DNA from: the human T2T-CHM13v2.0 reference genome, Homo sapiens
Strand: one strand, 5' to 3'
Assembly: GCF_009914755.1 (NCBI RefSeq)
Contig: NC_060926.1
DNA: 64,000 bases
Part shown: piece after piece, positions 29,258-43,840 of the stretch
How positions within the stretch are numbered: the stretch's first letter is position 1
How the letters are laid out: the number at the start of each line of letters is the position of its first letter
Made by a program: the position numbers and the translations under genes
Notes under the pieces: model-generated
The model's database searches: none
What the model saw: the letters and a program-made list of their open reading frames with translations, nothing else
Told to the model about the DNA's origin: nothing

Positions 29258-29690
29258 TATCATTTAAGGTAATAGTAGCTACTGTAACAAGGAAATCCCC
29301 ACATTTGAATAATACACATTTTGTGTTCCATTTTTTATTGCTCAGGGAATAGTTCATGTGGGGACTCCTTGTCAATGCCAGGCTGGGAGAGGGAGAGCCC
29401 AGTCATCTTAATACATGGAATCAACACCCAGCTGGTAGAAGGGCGGAGAGAACATGAAGCAGGCATATCTGCTCCTTCAATACCTCTGCCCAAAAGTCAC
29501 CCATAAATCACTTCTGCTCTCCTTCCAATGGCCAGAATTCATCTATGGCATCTCTAGATGCAAGGAAGTGCGCTGGCTGGGCAGCTGCTTCCCTACAACA
29601 ACTTCACAGCTTCACAACTCCACAATTCTATAACTCTACAACTCCAAAATTCCACAACTCTACAACTCTTTAGTGACAGCTGCCATCTGT
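29258..29690 (-). mobile_element. Old MaLR LTR (MLT1J/K-like)
   Basis: tagctactgtaacaa...atcacttctgctctccttccaatggccagaatt...tgcaagga. Confidence 0.7.
29598..29669. repeat. 8-bp tandem repeat (ACAACTCY) x9, degenerate
   Basis: acaacttc acagcttc acaactcc acaattct ataactct acaactcc aaaattcc acaactct acaactct. Confidence 0.9.
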
Positions 29691-29767
29691 TCAAATGTGA
29701 GGTGGGTCTTATCGCTCACCTGCTTACCACTGTCCAAGAGCTTCCCATCTAACTAAATAAAAAATTA

Positions 29768-30100
29768 AAATCCCAGCACTTTGGGGGGCTGAGGCGGGAG
29801 AATTGCTTGAGCCCAGGAGTTTGAGACCAGCCTGGGCAACACAGGGAGACCACCCCCTAACACAAAAGTTAGTCGGGTGTGGTGGCATGCATTTGTAGTC
29901 CCAGCTACTTGGGAGACTGAAGTGGGAGAAATGCTTGAGCCCAGGAAGTCAAGGCTGCAGTGAGCTGTGATTGTCACTGCATTCCGCCTGGGTGACACAG
30001 TGCAACCCTCTCAAAAAAGAAAGAAAAAGAGAGAAAGGAAAGGAAAGGCAAAAGGCAAAAGGAATGGCAAAAGGCAAAAGGAAAGGAAAAGAAGAAAAGA
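29768..30100 (+). mobile_element. 5'-truncated AluJ with GA-rich tail
   Basis: ttgcttgagcccaggagtttgagaccagcctgggcaac and gtcaaggctgcagtgagctgtgattg. Confidence 0.9.
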
Positions 30101-30269
30101 GATCCAAAATCCGAAGCCTCCGGACCTCATACCACCCTCCTGGGCTCATTGTGCTCCAGCCTCTCTCACCCTTTTTCTGATCCTTGCTTATTCCCACCTC
30201 AGCAGTTGCTGTTTTCTCTGCCTTGAATATTCTTTCACCAGATCCCTTTTCATCAGGTAAGTAGATAGA

Positions 30270-30625
30270 AAATGGGACCCAGGAATTTGCACTTTAACAG
30301 GCACCCAGTGACCCTGGTGCCGACGGTCAGTGGTCTATACTTTGAGAAGCACTGGTACAGTGGTTAAGAATGTGGACTATGGGATCAGAGGGCTTGGGTT
30401 CAAATATTATGAACCCAAAGACTTGCCGAATCTCTAACTTTGGGTACTTTATTTGCCCTCTCTAATGCTCGATTTCCTCACCCATGAAATAGAGATAACA
30501 ACAGAAATCACTTGGTTGCCGTAAGTAAACAGAAACTTGGTTGTTGCAAGAAACAAAAACATGGTTGCTGTAAGCAAAATGAGGTCAAATCAAGATACCA
30601 GGTCTGACACATAGTAAGTGGTACA
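30270..30625 (+). mobile_element. MER5A fragment (~30270-30355) abutting a MIR (~30355-30625)
   Basis: caggaatttgcactttaacagg...tttgagaagcactg, then acagtggttaagaatgtggact...tttcctcacccatgaaatag. Confidence 0.7.
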
Positions 30626-31611
30626 AAGGAGTGCCTACAGATGCATCATGCAGCTTTAGAAAAAGTAGGGTGGAACTGGACAAAAGAAGATTTGAGCAAG
30701 TGAATCTTAAATGAGAAAGTGATGTGACTCCTGTGCTTCCTGGGGCTAAGGGATGCCACCATAGAGTCCTAAGGAGTGGAGGGGTATGTCGGATGGTTTG
30801 AGATGCCTGTGTCACAGTCACTCTGAGCAATGATGAAAGAAGGTTAGATCTGGGAAAGGGGGCCCTACCAGGAGCTTGTTTCACTAGGCCAGATGGAAGA
30901 AGATTCAGTTGTATGAATTGAACAGAGAGATGAGTTAGAGGGAGAAGAAAGCAGCAAGAAGCAGCAAAAGAAGGTTAACAACATGAAAACAGACCAAGGG
31001 AAAAGATTGAAGGGAAATGTGTGTTGTCTCAGGATGGGCAGGAGCTACTGCAATGGAAGGGCACTAATTCCTAGATTATACCCAAGAATGCCAGTAGATA
31101 CCAGAAAGTGGTAAAATAGCAAATGAAGTCATAGAAGCCAGAGTTAGTGACAACACTTTAAGGAAGTCATTATAATTACAGTTGAAAAGGGTGAACTGGT
31201 GGCATCCAGTCAAAGGTTGCAAAGATAATGGCACTAGAAATTGTCCTTTCAATTTTCCTGAAGTTGCCAGAAATATCCTAGTTGAGGGTAGCAGCTTCTA
31301 GGGATAGAAGAAGTACAAGGGGAAGGAGAACAAAGTTGATTAAAGAAAGTCAATGTCCTATATGTGGTTAAGAAGTAGATGCATTTAGTATAAAGCATAT
31401 GTTCAAGGAACACAAATATACAAGAAAGAAATGGAGCAGTGGCCAGGAGTAAAGTTTGAGTCCATGTTAGTACCACATGCACATGCACTCTTTCTCTCTC
31501 CTATGAAAACTTTCCGTGGCTTCCATATAAAGTCCCTTTTACTGTCCCCTACCCCTACACTTTAAACTGACTGCTGACCTAGTTTGAGTATGATTAAAGT
31601 TCCATGTAGGT

Positions 31612-31958
31612 TGAGTGATCCAGGTTTTGTGGGGGCTAAAACGTATATTATTTGGCTGATCCTTCTCAAGAAAAAGAACATAAAATTAGAAATATAAAGT
31701 TAGGTACAAAAAAGAATATTTATTAAGGATAAGAAAAGGATTCATAATAAGTTACTGGAGCCTTGAGAGTCCAGGTCCCTTTCTTCTGACATGTCTCTAA
31801 GCAATTTACCCAAAATATTTACATAGAAATGCAATCTGACTTCTCTCTCTACTGACAACATTCTACAACCCACACCAACTCCCAATACTCACGGAGGCTC
31901 AAGCAATTAAGGGGTCCAAAGCTTACGTTTCTTACTTCATGGTAAACTTGCCTTTCTG
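31612..31958. mobile_element. hAT-Tip100-like DNA transposon remnant (MER115/Zaphod-like, tentative)
   Basis: gatccaggttttgtgggggctaaaacgtata...aagaaaaagaacataaaatta; far end cttcatggtaaacttgcctttctg. Confidence 0.55.
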
Positions 31959-32269
31959 TTTAGGTGTTTCTCAGCTTTATTCAGCTCTTCTTGGCTCCAA
32001 AGTGGGGCAACTCTAATATCCAATTAAGATGAAAAATTTCTGTATGTCCTCCTTTCTGTATATTAAGTAGGCATCGTTTTCGTGAAGGTGGAAAGGACTA
32101 AACACTGAACATGAGGAAAAAACCCTGTAGAGGACAGTGACTTCGGCAGACATGGCCTCAAAGCAGCTAGCAGAGGATTGAGTCCCTGAGCTTTTCCAAA
32201 ATATGTGGCCACATTCCTGTCAGTACAAATATTGCCTAAGCACCAACTGTATCTCAGGGAGGAATTTGC

Positions 32270-32722
32270 TTTCTGTGGTTTCTTCCATTAACCCCTCCAG
32301 ATTCACTCTCTTCTCAGCTCCACTCTGCTCTGGGCCCCAGGAAGCTGAGCCATATAGCTGTCAGCTAGCTCCCTTCATGCCCAGCTCATGGTTGGGTTTG
32401 GCCATTGAGAGGCAACAGCAGGAGAGTGAGGATGGATTATTTATTCCCTGGCTTTCTTGTGTTGGCTACAGCCTCTTCTTTCAGATAGTCCTCTCCATAC
32501 AACCACCCTCTTCAGGGTCTGGAAATAGCTCCAGCCTCTTGATCTTCAGGCTGGGGGATGGTAATGACTCCCCTGATCACAAGCCTGGAGGACTGTGCCA
32601 TCCTTTAGTGGCTTCCTTAAGCCACTGTCCACATCTTTGTAAGCTGTTGCTTTATTAAACTCTCCTCAAATTACCTAGTTTGAATACTCTTCTAGTTTCT
32701 GCTTGGGTGCTGATTGATATCA
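32270..32722 (+). mobile_element. ERVL LTR (LTR33-like)
   Basis: ggttgggtttggccattgagaggcaacagcaggag...tttattaaactctcctcaaattacctagtttga. Confidence 0.8.
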
Positions 32723-33029
32723 TGTTATAATTAACAAAGAAGAAAAAAGGCCTTTGGAAACTTTCGCTTGGGGGCCCGGAATTAATGAATTAATAGAAGT
32801 AAAAAGCCATAGATGACACTGAATGCACCAGCCAATTTATTGTGACAGAAGGGTTGTCATAACAAGCATATCTCACCTCCAGACAGGCGGGAGTGCCAGA
32901 AAACAGTCCCCAAATGAAAACCAGGATGCAGCACCGTGAATGTGAGAACCTGAGGTCACTGACCACAAACTACATGTTCCTCCATCTGATAGTACCTTAG
33001 AATAAAAGAAACCCTTCCAGTCGTTAGTT

Positions 33030-33380
33030 GTATTATTGACTATTCTCTGCTTGAATACTTGGAAAGATGGGAGAACATTACTTTACAATAGCGCACTCTG
33101 TTACAGGGCACATCTAATTGTTAGATCATTATATTGAGCAAAATCTGCCTCCTGACTTTCTTTGGGTCTGTTTCTTTCTTTTAAACAATGCAGAGGCATG
33201 TGATCTTTCTTCCTTATGACAGATCGATAGATATGAGGACAGCTGCCATGTCACTCTAACTCTCTGGTAGAAGCACTATTAACACACTTCTCACTACCCT
33301 GGTGTCTTGAATGACCTGGTTCATCAACATGCCTATGAAAGTATGGTGTCCAAAAATGGACATAATACTCCAAGTGGACT
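33030..33380 (-). mobile_element. L3/CR1 fragment
   Basis: ctctgcttgaatact...tattgagcaaaatctgcctcc...tggacataatactccaagt. Confidence 0.6.
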
Positions 33381-33833
33381 CTTACTTGAGATAACCATAA
33401 AACACTCAACCAGGTTTATCTCATTGTTCCTCCCCCACTCCTCAAAAAAATATTTCTCTTACTTCTGGGACACATTTAAAATTAATCCGTTCTCTTCACA
33501 CCTATAGCTGCTACCTCCTTTAACTATACTAAAATTATCTTCTCCTCTCACATCATTTCCTATTTCGAATGCCCCTTTTATAGCTACCCGTGGTTTTTTC
33601 CATCAGATTCAAGTTTCTTGATGTTACCATTACCACCTGACCTCAGTCATCATTTTTACTGCTTCCTGATTTTCTTGTTCTCTTTTCTCCTCCACAGCTT
33701 TTTTCCCTGTCACCTCTACTGAATATACTACTGATTTCACACTGAAGTTTGTTTGAAATATTTAGCCCATTTTCATCCTCTCCCAATTTAGAAGTCCCCT
33801 TTATATAACCACCTCATGTTTAAAACTTAGAGG

Positions 33834-33843
33834 ACACACACAC

Positions 33844-33880
<37 letters not shown>
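33834..33880. repeat. (CA)n microsatellite
   Basis: direct reading, one cg interruption. Confidence 0.95.
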
Positions 33881-33883
<3 letters not shown>

Positions 33884-35304
33884 TAAATGATATTTTCTCC
33901 TTCAGAATTCATGGACATCCTAATTTTAGTGGTTTGATAATATACCTTAAATTAATTCTGGGTATTCTATACTGGTGTCAAGGATAACCTGTTAGAACCC
34001 AAATCATATCATACAATGTTACATGAAAATATGAAGCCATTTATAATTACGTAAAACATACAGAACTAGAAATAGCATGGAAATAACACTTGAAATAATA
34101 TTGGTTGACAATCATTTCAATGAAAGATGCAGCATATCAATCATTCAAATTATGTATAAAACTCTCATAGAATATGTGCCACTCAGGATTCACCTATACT
34201 TAGCTTTACTTCTCATTGTGAGGGAAGCCTACAGTTCAGGTCCTGAGCTCTGATGAAAATCTATTCATCCTTGCTTTGAAGCACAGGATTTAGCTAAACA
34301 TTCAGCACTGAGCATTTGCTATGTATATCTGTGCATACTTCTGGACACAAGCCAAGTTTTAAAAAAACTAAATGGAGATACAAAGACTGATATGCATTAT
34401 TACAATGTTTGTCTACCAGAATTTCTTGGATTATATTTATACATTTTTATTGTAGGAGCTCAAAGTCCCCATAGATATTATCTTTATAATTCACATAACA
34501 GACTCATTAAGCATGTAGAAACCATAGGGACTATATTGTCTCCACTTTGAAGACCCATCCTTGAGGTGGAGACAGCAAGGCCTTACCCCTGGGGGTCATT
34601 ACTCTTGACAGGTTGATGGCCTGCCTTAGGCCTAGGTCATATATTACCTTACTGTAACGTGTGCCAAGAAAATAATTCTAGCTTAATGATCCACTCATGA
34701 GATCTGGCTGACTTCCATATGTACAAAGTCAGCCCTAAGATACTGCAGAGTAGGTTATTGACTAAGATTCTGGCTACGTAAACTCATTGAGTTTGCTATT
34801 GAAACATTTCTGGAGGAAGAATCAAACATAGAAGCAATATATGAAGACCAGTCACATAGTAATGACCTCTCAGGCGCCATCCTTCCTTGATCATAATAGA
34901 AGACTAAGTTGGCCAGCATACCCTGGTAGATTTGTTCCGTTGTCCCAATCTGTCTCTCAGTTCCTGGCCCAGATTCTGGTCCTGCTCTGGATGTTCTTAA
35001 CAGACAACTAGTTAGCCTGCTGCTGTCTCTCTCCTGGAATTAAAAAAAATAGTCAATACATTTGCCTTAATAATCTTTTTTCATTTCACACATCAATGGC
35101 GTTTGCAAATAATTACGCTCATCTGTGATCATTGAAAAACAGTCTTCCTCACCTACCCTAATATCACTGTGAGAAAGATGAGCTACCTCTCTGGCATCTT
35201 CTGCCAGGGGTTTCTCTGTCTTTCCCAAGGTCACAGGTACTCAAGGAGGAACTCTCTTCTTTAACTTCTTCTTGACTGATGTGTTTTTCCATTTTTCATT
35301 CCTG

Positions 35305-35435
35305 TTTTTCTTTTTTATAGAGATGGGATCTCACCATATTGCCCAGGTTGGTCTTGAACTCTTGAGCTCAAGTCAGCCACCCACCTTGACCTCCCGAAGT
35401 GCTGGGATTACAGGCATGAGCTACCATGTCCAGCC
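35305..35435 (-). mobile_element. FLAM (left Alu monomer)
   Basis: tagagatgggatctcaccatattgcccagg...gagctcaag...gtgctgggattacaggcatgagc; no right arm. Confidence 0.85.
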
Positions 35436-36119
35436 CCCATTTCTTATTTTTATCAACGTTGTAGTCCCTTGGCACTGGGTCTTCCCTGTCTTCCTGCCCT
35501 GTTTTCTCAAAGATTTCTTGGAAATGTCCTGTGCTGCTTGACTCTTCCATACTGTCTGCTCTAGACTTCTGAACATGCATCATCATTTACCATCCTGCCA
35601 ACCTTGAATTTAGCCTCTCCTTGGATTACCAATGTCTACTCATAATTAGTCTGAATTTACTACTCTCTTGTTGGGACTGGCTCTCTGAAAGCAAACCTTC
35701 TCCACTTGTAGGCCACCATGCCCATTTGTACCAAGTTCCTGTTAAGTTTCTTGCTATCCCCGTTTTTCTCCTGACTTGCTTCCTCTTCCCTCTTGCTCCC
35801 TTAATGCCCTGTGGCAAATGTCATAAAAGTGTATTTGTCTCTTTGCTGGTGACTAGAATTGGCATTGCCTTCCTTTCCATATAATTTCTTATTTTTTCTA
35901 GACAGATACACTTTGGAGCTCTGCACAGTGGCTGTAATATATCTATGCACTACAAGTAGTTCTTCCCTAACCATGGCTGGACTAACATTTCTGCCTTAGA
36001 ATAAGATTCATACTTTAGTACTCATTGCTGACATACTGACCTGAGTCACTTACTGCCTGAATTTGGGACGGTTTGTTTCCCCTGAACTCAGATATTTCCT
36101 ACTTAAAAATTGTTTCTCC

Positions 36120-36960
36120 ACTGGGAGAAATATTTGCAAAACAAATATTTGATAAAGGACTTCTACCCAGGATATATAAAGAACTCCTATAGCTCAATAA
36201 GGCAAACAACTTAATTAAGAAATAGACAAAAGATTTCACAAAGAAAGATATTCAAATGAAAAATAGGTACATAAAAAGATGCTCAACATCAGTAGTCATT
36301 ACAGATATGAAAATTAAAACCACAGTGGGACACCATTGCACATACATAAGAATGCCAAGTTAAAAAGACAAATAATACCAAGTCTTGTCAATGATGCAGA
36401 GTGGTTTGGCAGTTTCATATAAGATTAACCACATACCTACTGTTTAAGCCAGCAATCTTACTCTAGGTATCTATTCAAGAGAAAAGAAAAAATATGTTCA
36501 TACAAAGATCTGTACTTTAATGGTCATCATAGCTTTATTCAGAAGAGCACCAAACTGGAGACAACTCAAATATCTATCAACAGGTGAATGGAGAAGTAGG
36601 CTGTGGTATATCCATACAATGGGATACTACACAGTAATACAAATGAAGGAACTACTGATACAACCAACAACATAGATGAATTTCAAAAATGTTGTGCTAA
36701 GTGAAAGAAGTGAGACACAAAGAGATATACCATTTATATCAAAGTCTAGAAAAGGCACAACTATAGTGACAGAAAGTTTTTCAATGGATTCCAGAGGCTG
36801 GTGGAGAGGATGGGACTGACTATAGAGGAAAATGAGAAAATTTTTTCAGTTTTGCTATATAAATATTCTATATAGAACTCACTAAATAGTATGCTTAAAA
36901 CTGGTGAATTCTATTACAGGTAAGTTATACTTTAATGAAGATGATTTTTTAAAAAACAAG
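36120..36960 (+). mobile_element. Old L1 (L1ME/L1MC-like) ORF2 end and 3'UTR
   Basis: ctgggagaaatatttgcaaaac, aaaagatgctcaacatca, atcaacaggtgaatgga. Confidence 0.85.
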
Positions 36961-36989
36961 CAAATGTGTCAAATGAAAAGATTGTTAAA

Positions 36990-37555
36990 TAGTGTTTTAA
37001 AATTTAGATTTAATTATTATTCAGGTATGGTGAGGTCAAAAGATCAAGATATGCTTGCCATTGAAATGACTGTTTGTTACTCACAGTTCCCAAGAGGAGA
37101 GGGCACATACCACACCACGCAGGGCCACATGGAGAAGCACCTGGGTTGGTTAGGAGGCAGAGAGAGCAAGGGGAAAACATAGAGAAGAGCTCTTATTGTG
37201 GTTTCCCTAGGAAGGAACACGTGAAGCAAGGTAAGCAGGTTTAGGATTGGTTATTTTGAATAATTTCAGTTGGCTCTGGGGTGTAGTGGCCCTCTCTAGT
37301 TGCCTGACGTCTAGCTGTGGGGAGATTAGGACAGGGGAATAGTGGCCTTGAGTGTGACAGCCCCATAGAAGAAGTCATGGGGTATAAGACCTGGACTGGT
37401 TAGTCTGCATGTGAAAGGCATGATTGCAGGCAAGTCTTTTATTATCTTTAGGAGTTGGTTAGTCCTGGGAGGGGCAGTCCCTCTAGGTCAGCAAGGAAAG
37501 GCCCCAGATGCCAACACCTTAGAAATATGGAAAATAAAAAGTCATGATTAATACT
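36990..37555 (-). mobile_element. LTR (MER76-like ERVL, tentative)
   Basis: ggtatggtgaggtcaaaagatca...tttgttactcacagttcccaagagg...caggtttaggattgg...gattaatac. Confidence 0.6.
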
Positions 37556-37735
37556 GATAGAGGAATGGATAGATTGATAGATACGTGATCAAACAAATAA
37601 AGCAAAATGTTAATTGTAAAATTTAGATGTTGGGTAAACTGGCTTCACTGTACAATTCTTTCAAATTTTCTGTATGTCTGATAATTTTTATGATAAAATA
37701 AAAAAATTTATAATAAAATTTGAGAAAAAAATATT
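37556..37735 (+). mobile_element. Old L1 3' terminus (L1MC/ME-like)
   Basis: gcaaaatgttaattgtaaaatttagatg...cactgtacaattctttcaaattttctgtatgt. Confidence 0.75.
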
Positions 37736-38058
37736 TCTTTGGATATCCGACCTCTTACCTGGTCATAGTTTCTAAAAGCTCTGTTTTCCACCTGTCTTAT
37801 CTGCTTGGATTCCTGGCCTCCTGCTTGCTCTTGCCTGAACATTACTATTGCCTGAATCTCTTAGTTCTGATATTCAACTGGTCCTCCTGATCAGGCAAAT
37901 TTCTTGATTCCATAAGATGCACCTGAACTAGCCAAGGCTTCTTATTGCACAAGGTCACTAAATGGGGATGGCCAGCATAAGGCATAATGAGAATTAGATG
38001 AGTTCTATATTCAAGTGCCTTTATATCTTTATATACATCCTCCCTCAGACCCTTGCTC

Positions 38059-38089
<31 letters not shown>
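38059..38089. repeat. (CA)n microsatellite
   Basis: direct reading. Confidence 0.95.
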
Positions 38090-38091
<2 letters not shown>

Positions 38092-38098
38092 GCACCTC

Positions 38099-38528
38099 TG
38101 TTACGGAATAAAATGTGTACCAACACACCTGCCCCTATTCATATGTTGGGGTCCTAACCCCTAGTACTTCTGAACTTAATCTTATATGAAGATAGAAGCC
38201 TTACAGAAGTAAGTTAAAATGAGATCCTTAGAGTAGGCCCTAATCCAATGGGATTCGTGTCACAAAAACTGGAAATTTGGGGGTCAAGGGAAGATGACAT
38301 GCAGAGACACAGGGAGAAGGCAGCCATCTCCAAGCCAAGGAACACTTGAGACTGTCAGAAGGTAGAAAAGAGGCCTGAAATAGATTCTTCTCAAGTGCCA
38401 TCGGAGGGTATGTGATCCTGTAACACCTTGATTTTGGATTCTGGCCTCCACAACTGTGAGACAAATTTGTTGTTCTAAACCACCCGGTTTGTGGTATTTT
38501 ATTATGGCAGCCCTAGAAAACAAATACA
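38099..38528 (+). mobile_element. Solo MaLR LTR (MLT1B/C-like)
   Basis: tgttacgg...ggccctaatccaatg...caccttgattttggattctggcctcc...atggcagccctagaaaacaaataca. Confidence 0.88.
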
Positions 38529-38652
38529 TGCCCTCTAGGTTCTCTCCTAGTTTTCCTAGTCACCCAGTGTCCTTGTGTCTTCTGTGATGCCCCACCCAGA
38601 CGTGCAGTCATGGACAGTGTCTGAAGCATCCACCCATCAAAACTCTAATTTC

Positions 38653-38941
<289 letters not shown>

Positions 38942-40459
38942 CTAATTTCCAAACTGCCTGCACCTCTGAGAGTTCTCAGGGATGAACTAAGATCATGAAT
39001 AAGCTAAGCTAAGCCAAAGAGTAATGACCAACACCACTGTAATGTGTCATAACTCTTCTGGTGATTGGCCTGGATGTTTGTTAATTCATAGGAATGAGTC
39101 TATAAGGATAAAATCCCAGGCAGTAAAAGAGGTTGGCAAGGAAAATAATCTTAGGTGGAGTGAATATTGCATTGTTTCTCAAATCACAGCTGTTGAATGG
39201 CCATCTGTTTTTACTCAGGAGTGTCCATGCTGGCAAGTGAACAGCTTCTCTCTCAGAAAAAGATATAGAAGATTAACAGACAAATGCCTGAATGCCTCCA
39301 GGATGGCGCTCAGTGTGTATTTTACTCGATAGTAAACCACCCAAAAAATTCATAGCAAACTTCTGACCCCTTTTGCTTCCACGTTAACACTGGAAATGCT
39401 GAGACCAGAAAGTCAGCTTGCAGAGAGGTGAAAAATGTCTGTATGGAGGGTTGGAAACACATTTGTTACACATGGCCAAGAGAAAGCATTGGGAGAAACA
39501 AGCAACAATAGTACAAAAATATAGGAGCAACTGTTTTATTAGCTAAAAAAAAAAAGTATTGTTATTAGTGGGAATTGACATCGAATTTTAAAGAAAGTGT
39601 TTACCATTTTTAACTTTAAAAAAAAAAAAAAGACAGCAGTGTCCTAAAGAGAAAAGATGAGTTTCTAATTCCCTTGGTGCTTTCAATGAAGAGTTCTTGC
39701 CTTTTTGCCTGGGGGTGAAGAATAAGAGACAGTGTGTAGTCTTGTCCTTTTGGGCAACCATACTGGATTTGGATCTTGGATTTGGATCTTGGACTTTTAT
39801 GGCCTCCTGGGATAGATCTGTGAACACAATCTAGCTATTATGGTCTTTTAAAAAGAACAAAGGGAGATGCATTTTATGAGAACACAGCCTTTTTGCTTTA
39901 TATTTACTTAAAGATAATCTAAGTAAAATATTTCTGTCATTTTCCCCATTACTTTCAACACCTTATTATTTGAACATTATTCAACAATTTATTCAGTTTT
40001 CAAGACAATGGTAACTTTTGTCATTGGACAATGTTATTGTTTAATTTTTACACTTACACATATCTGACACTATTCTACTTGAGGATGGTGTCAATTCACA
40101 ATTGGAAAAGGTGATTTCTTGGCCATTTGCATCATTCTTTTGGCACTCATCAGATGTGACCGTATTTCATTTTGTGTGAAGTGCGGAGCTTGGGACTCTA
40201 CGGGGCCTAGTGAGGTCACCAGAGTGATCCATCAGGTCAGCTGGCACCTTTGTCCTCTTTGCCTAGAAATCAGAGTGACTGGCTTCTCTCTGTCTCTCTT
40301 TTTTTTTTTTTCTAACCTTCCTTCCTCTTTCATTTCAGTCTGCACCAGGCATGGGGATATAGGAATATGAAAAGACAAAACTCCTGCTTTATAATCACTT
40401 ATTGCAGAGATTCCGATCTGCTCTGAGGATTCAGTTAAAAGAGTTTTGTCTTCCTCCCC

Positions 40460-40755
40460 ACATCCACGTGTCCAAATCCTATCTTACCTTCAGTGCTGTC
40501 TCAAATGGGACCATCAGCCAGAAACTTTTCTTTCTCACCTGTGTTCTCCTCCGCTGAACAACCATGGTCACTAGTTGTATTACTCTTCTATCATCGCCTA
40601 CTATGTGTCATATTTTTTAAAGCTCATTTCCCTGGGCAGACTGTGAGCCGTCTGGGGACAAGATTAATCTTCATATCCTCATATTGCCTACCATATTGAT
40701 TTCTGCTTAAAGAAATACCTGCTGCTTAAAGAATACCTGCTGAATGATTGAGTTC
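40460..40755 (+). mobile_element. L2 3' end
   Basis: gtccaaatcctatcttaccttcag...agactgtgagccgtctggggacaag...tgctgaatgattga. Confidence 0.65.
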
Positions 40756-41349
40756 ATTCAGACATTAAACATGGGTGGGTAACATATTCCTTTGGTAGAC
40801 TATATCTTTAGTGCTGCACCTTGCTGATTCTTAACAGTCTTTGAATGAAAGGCACCAGGTGAAAATGTCTGCTACAATTGGTGTGTAGTAATTTCAATGC
40901 AAACAAATATCTAGCACTTTGGATTCACCTTCTGAAATCAGGTCAGTTCTGAAGCTCTGGGCCCCTGAGTAGGGATAGATAACTCAAACCAGGAGTGTTC
41001 AGGCTAGTGTTACATGCATTCTGCTAGAAATCAATACTTAGTAGGGAAAGCTTCCCAACACATAATGATGATAATAATGTTCAATTACAAGACATTCCTT
41101 AAAGTCACTCACTCCTCACAGAGCTTTATTTTTCTCTGTATTTTGCAGAGAACAATGTTTCAGTTAATAGAACAAATTTAGCATTATGCTTCACCAGTTC
41201 TCCTAAAGTATTCTCCAATACTTAAGCTCTTTTCATTAAAGACAAATTTGAACGATATTACCCTGCTGTGGTTAAGGATTTTGCTAAGCCAGGAATGGGA
41301 AGTGTATTGTATTCTGTTTCATAGTTTACTCTTTGATGAACAAGACTGA

Positions 41350-41540
41350 GAAGCTTAGTGTTTAAATTTCCTGGGCTCTGTGCCTTGTTGCCTGGATTCA
41401 CATCCTGATCCAGTGCCTTCCAGCTTTATACTCTTCATAATCTAGGTAGCCTTTCTGTCTCAGTGTTCTCATCTTTGTGTAGCTAAAGCTCTTAGAACAG
41501 TGCCTTGGGCATAGTAAACATGTGAGTTACAGTTAAGGTA
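41350..41540 (+). mobile_element. MIR
   Basis: gcctggattcacatcctg...ctgtctcagtgttctcatct...cttagaacagtgcc. Confidence 0.7.
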
Positions 41541-42159
41541 TACGAGTAGGACAATAAGAACTTGAATCCCTTCTCTTCAAATTTGAGGAATGCTCAGATG
41601 AAACAATCTCATTTTAAGGTAAGTAACTTCTGGTAAGGCCTTTTTCTGACCTATGAACAAGGCTACCTGGCCTAAGGCTTGAAAGCTATTTTAGCCATTG
41701 GAAATATTATCACTGGTATCTCTCCTTACTTCCTTTTAACTCTTTATGACACCTCTTTCCAAAGTGCCATGCTTCCTCAGAGTCAAATTTCTATCCAGAA
41801 GGAACAGAACTGCAGTGTCATATAACAGATTTGTAAACCTAGGTGACAGATCAGATCACCTCCCTCATCTCCTGTGACTCCCATTCAGAGGTGAAAAGTT
41901 AAATTGCAGCTATTCTTTGATCAGAAATGCCCATATGGCTTAAGTGGAATTAGCAGGATCTTTTAATATTCCAACCATTCACTCTATGTATTTGGCATAT
42001 AAAGAGAAGCAAATTGATGGAGATATTAACTAACTTCTAACTTCTAAAAAGATTAAAAGAAAGAGGTTTAGCCAAGACGGGTTGGACATGGAAGTAATAG
42101 ATGCCAATTGGGAGGTCTATCTTACCTTTGTAGGCACAAGAGAGAAAAAGGGTCCCTGA

Positions 42160-42511
<352 letters not shown>

Positions 42512-42806
42512 GGACCTGACAGTGTTTCTTGACTGTGTGGCATGCTCCTCTAAAATGCCAATTTCCAAGGCCTACCCACCCAACTAGAATTTGAGGGAGT
42601 GAGACCTAGTATATCTGTTTCTAAGATGTTCCCTTAGGTGATTCTAACATCCCCCAGTTCTCCTGCTGGCTCATTTATCAGAATGATGACCAGCATACAA
42701 AGGTGCTAGTTGCAACAATTTGGAACAAGAGGAGATCATAGAGATTACCTAGGGTGCCTACTTCTATTCACACACAAGATGAAGAGTCTATAGAAGTCAA
42801 AGAATT

Positions 42807-43103
<297 letters not shown>

Positions 43104-43545
43104 TCAAAGAATTGGCCCAGTGTTACTCACATTGGATAATGTTAGCACTTCTCAGGGATGCCAAAAACTAAAAAAATTGCTCATTCACAAAATGTGTTTG
43201 AGGTGCAAATTGTTTCTTTTGCCAACATACGTAGCATTTTCAAAAATATCAAGGCAAGGTAATTCCTTGCTATTAATATGGTGTGAGGTAGGAGTCCAAT
43301 TTCTTTCTTTTGCATTTGGATATCTAGTTGTTTCCATGCCATTTGTTGAAAAGTCTGTTCTTTCCTCCATTGGATTGTCTTGGTATGCTTGTCAAAAATG
43401 AATTGACCATGTAAGGGTTTATTTCTGGGCTCTCACTTCTATTCCACTGATCCATATTTCTATCCTTGTGCCACACTGTCTTGATTACTGAAGCTTTGTG
43501 GTATGTTTTGAAATCAAGAAGTGTGACTCCTCCAACTTTGTTCTT

Positions 43546-43840
<295 letters not shown>

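Larger units (their letters stand above)
28940..30255 (+). mobile_element. L2 body interrupted by an MLT1 LTR and an AluJ
   Basis: ctccacatagcagccaaaatgatg before the LTR; gctccagcctctctcacc...gctgttttctctgccttgaat after the Alu. Confidence 0.55.
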
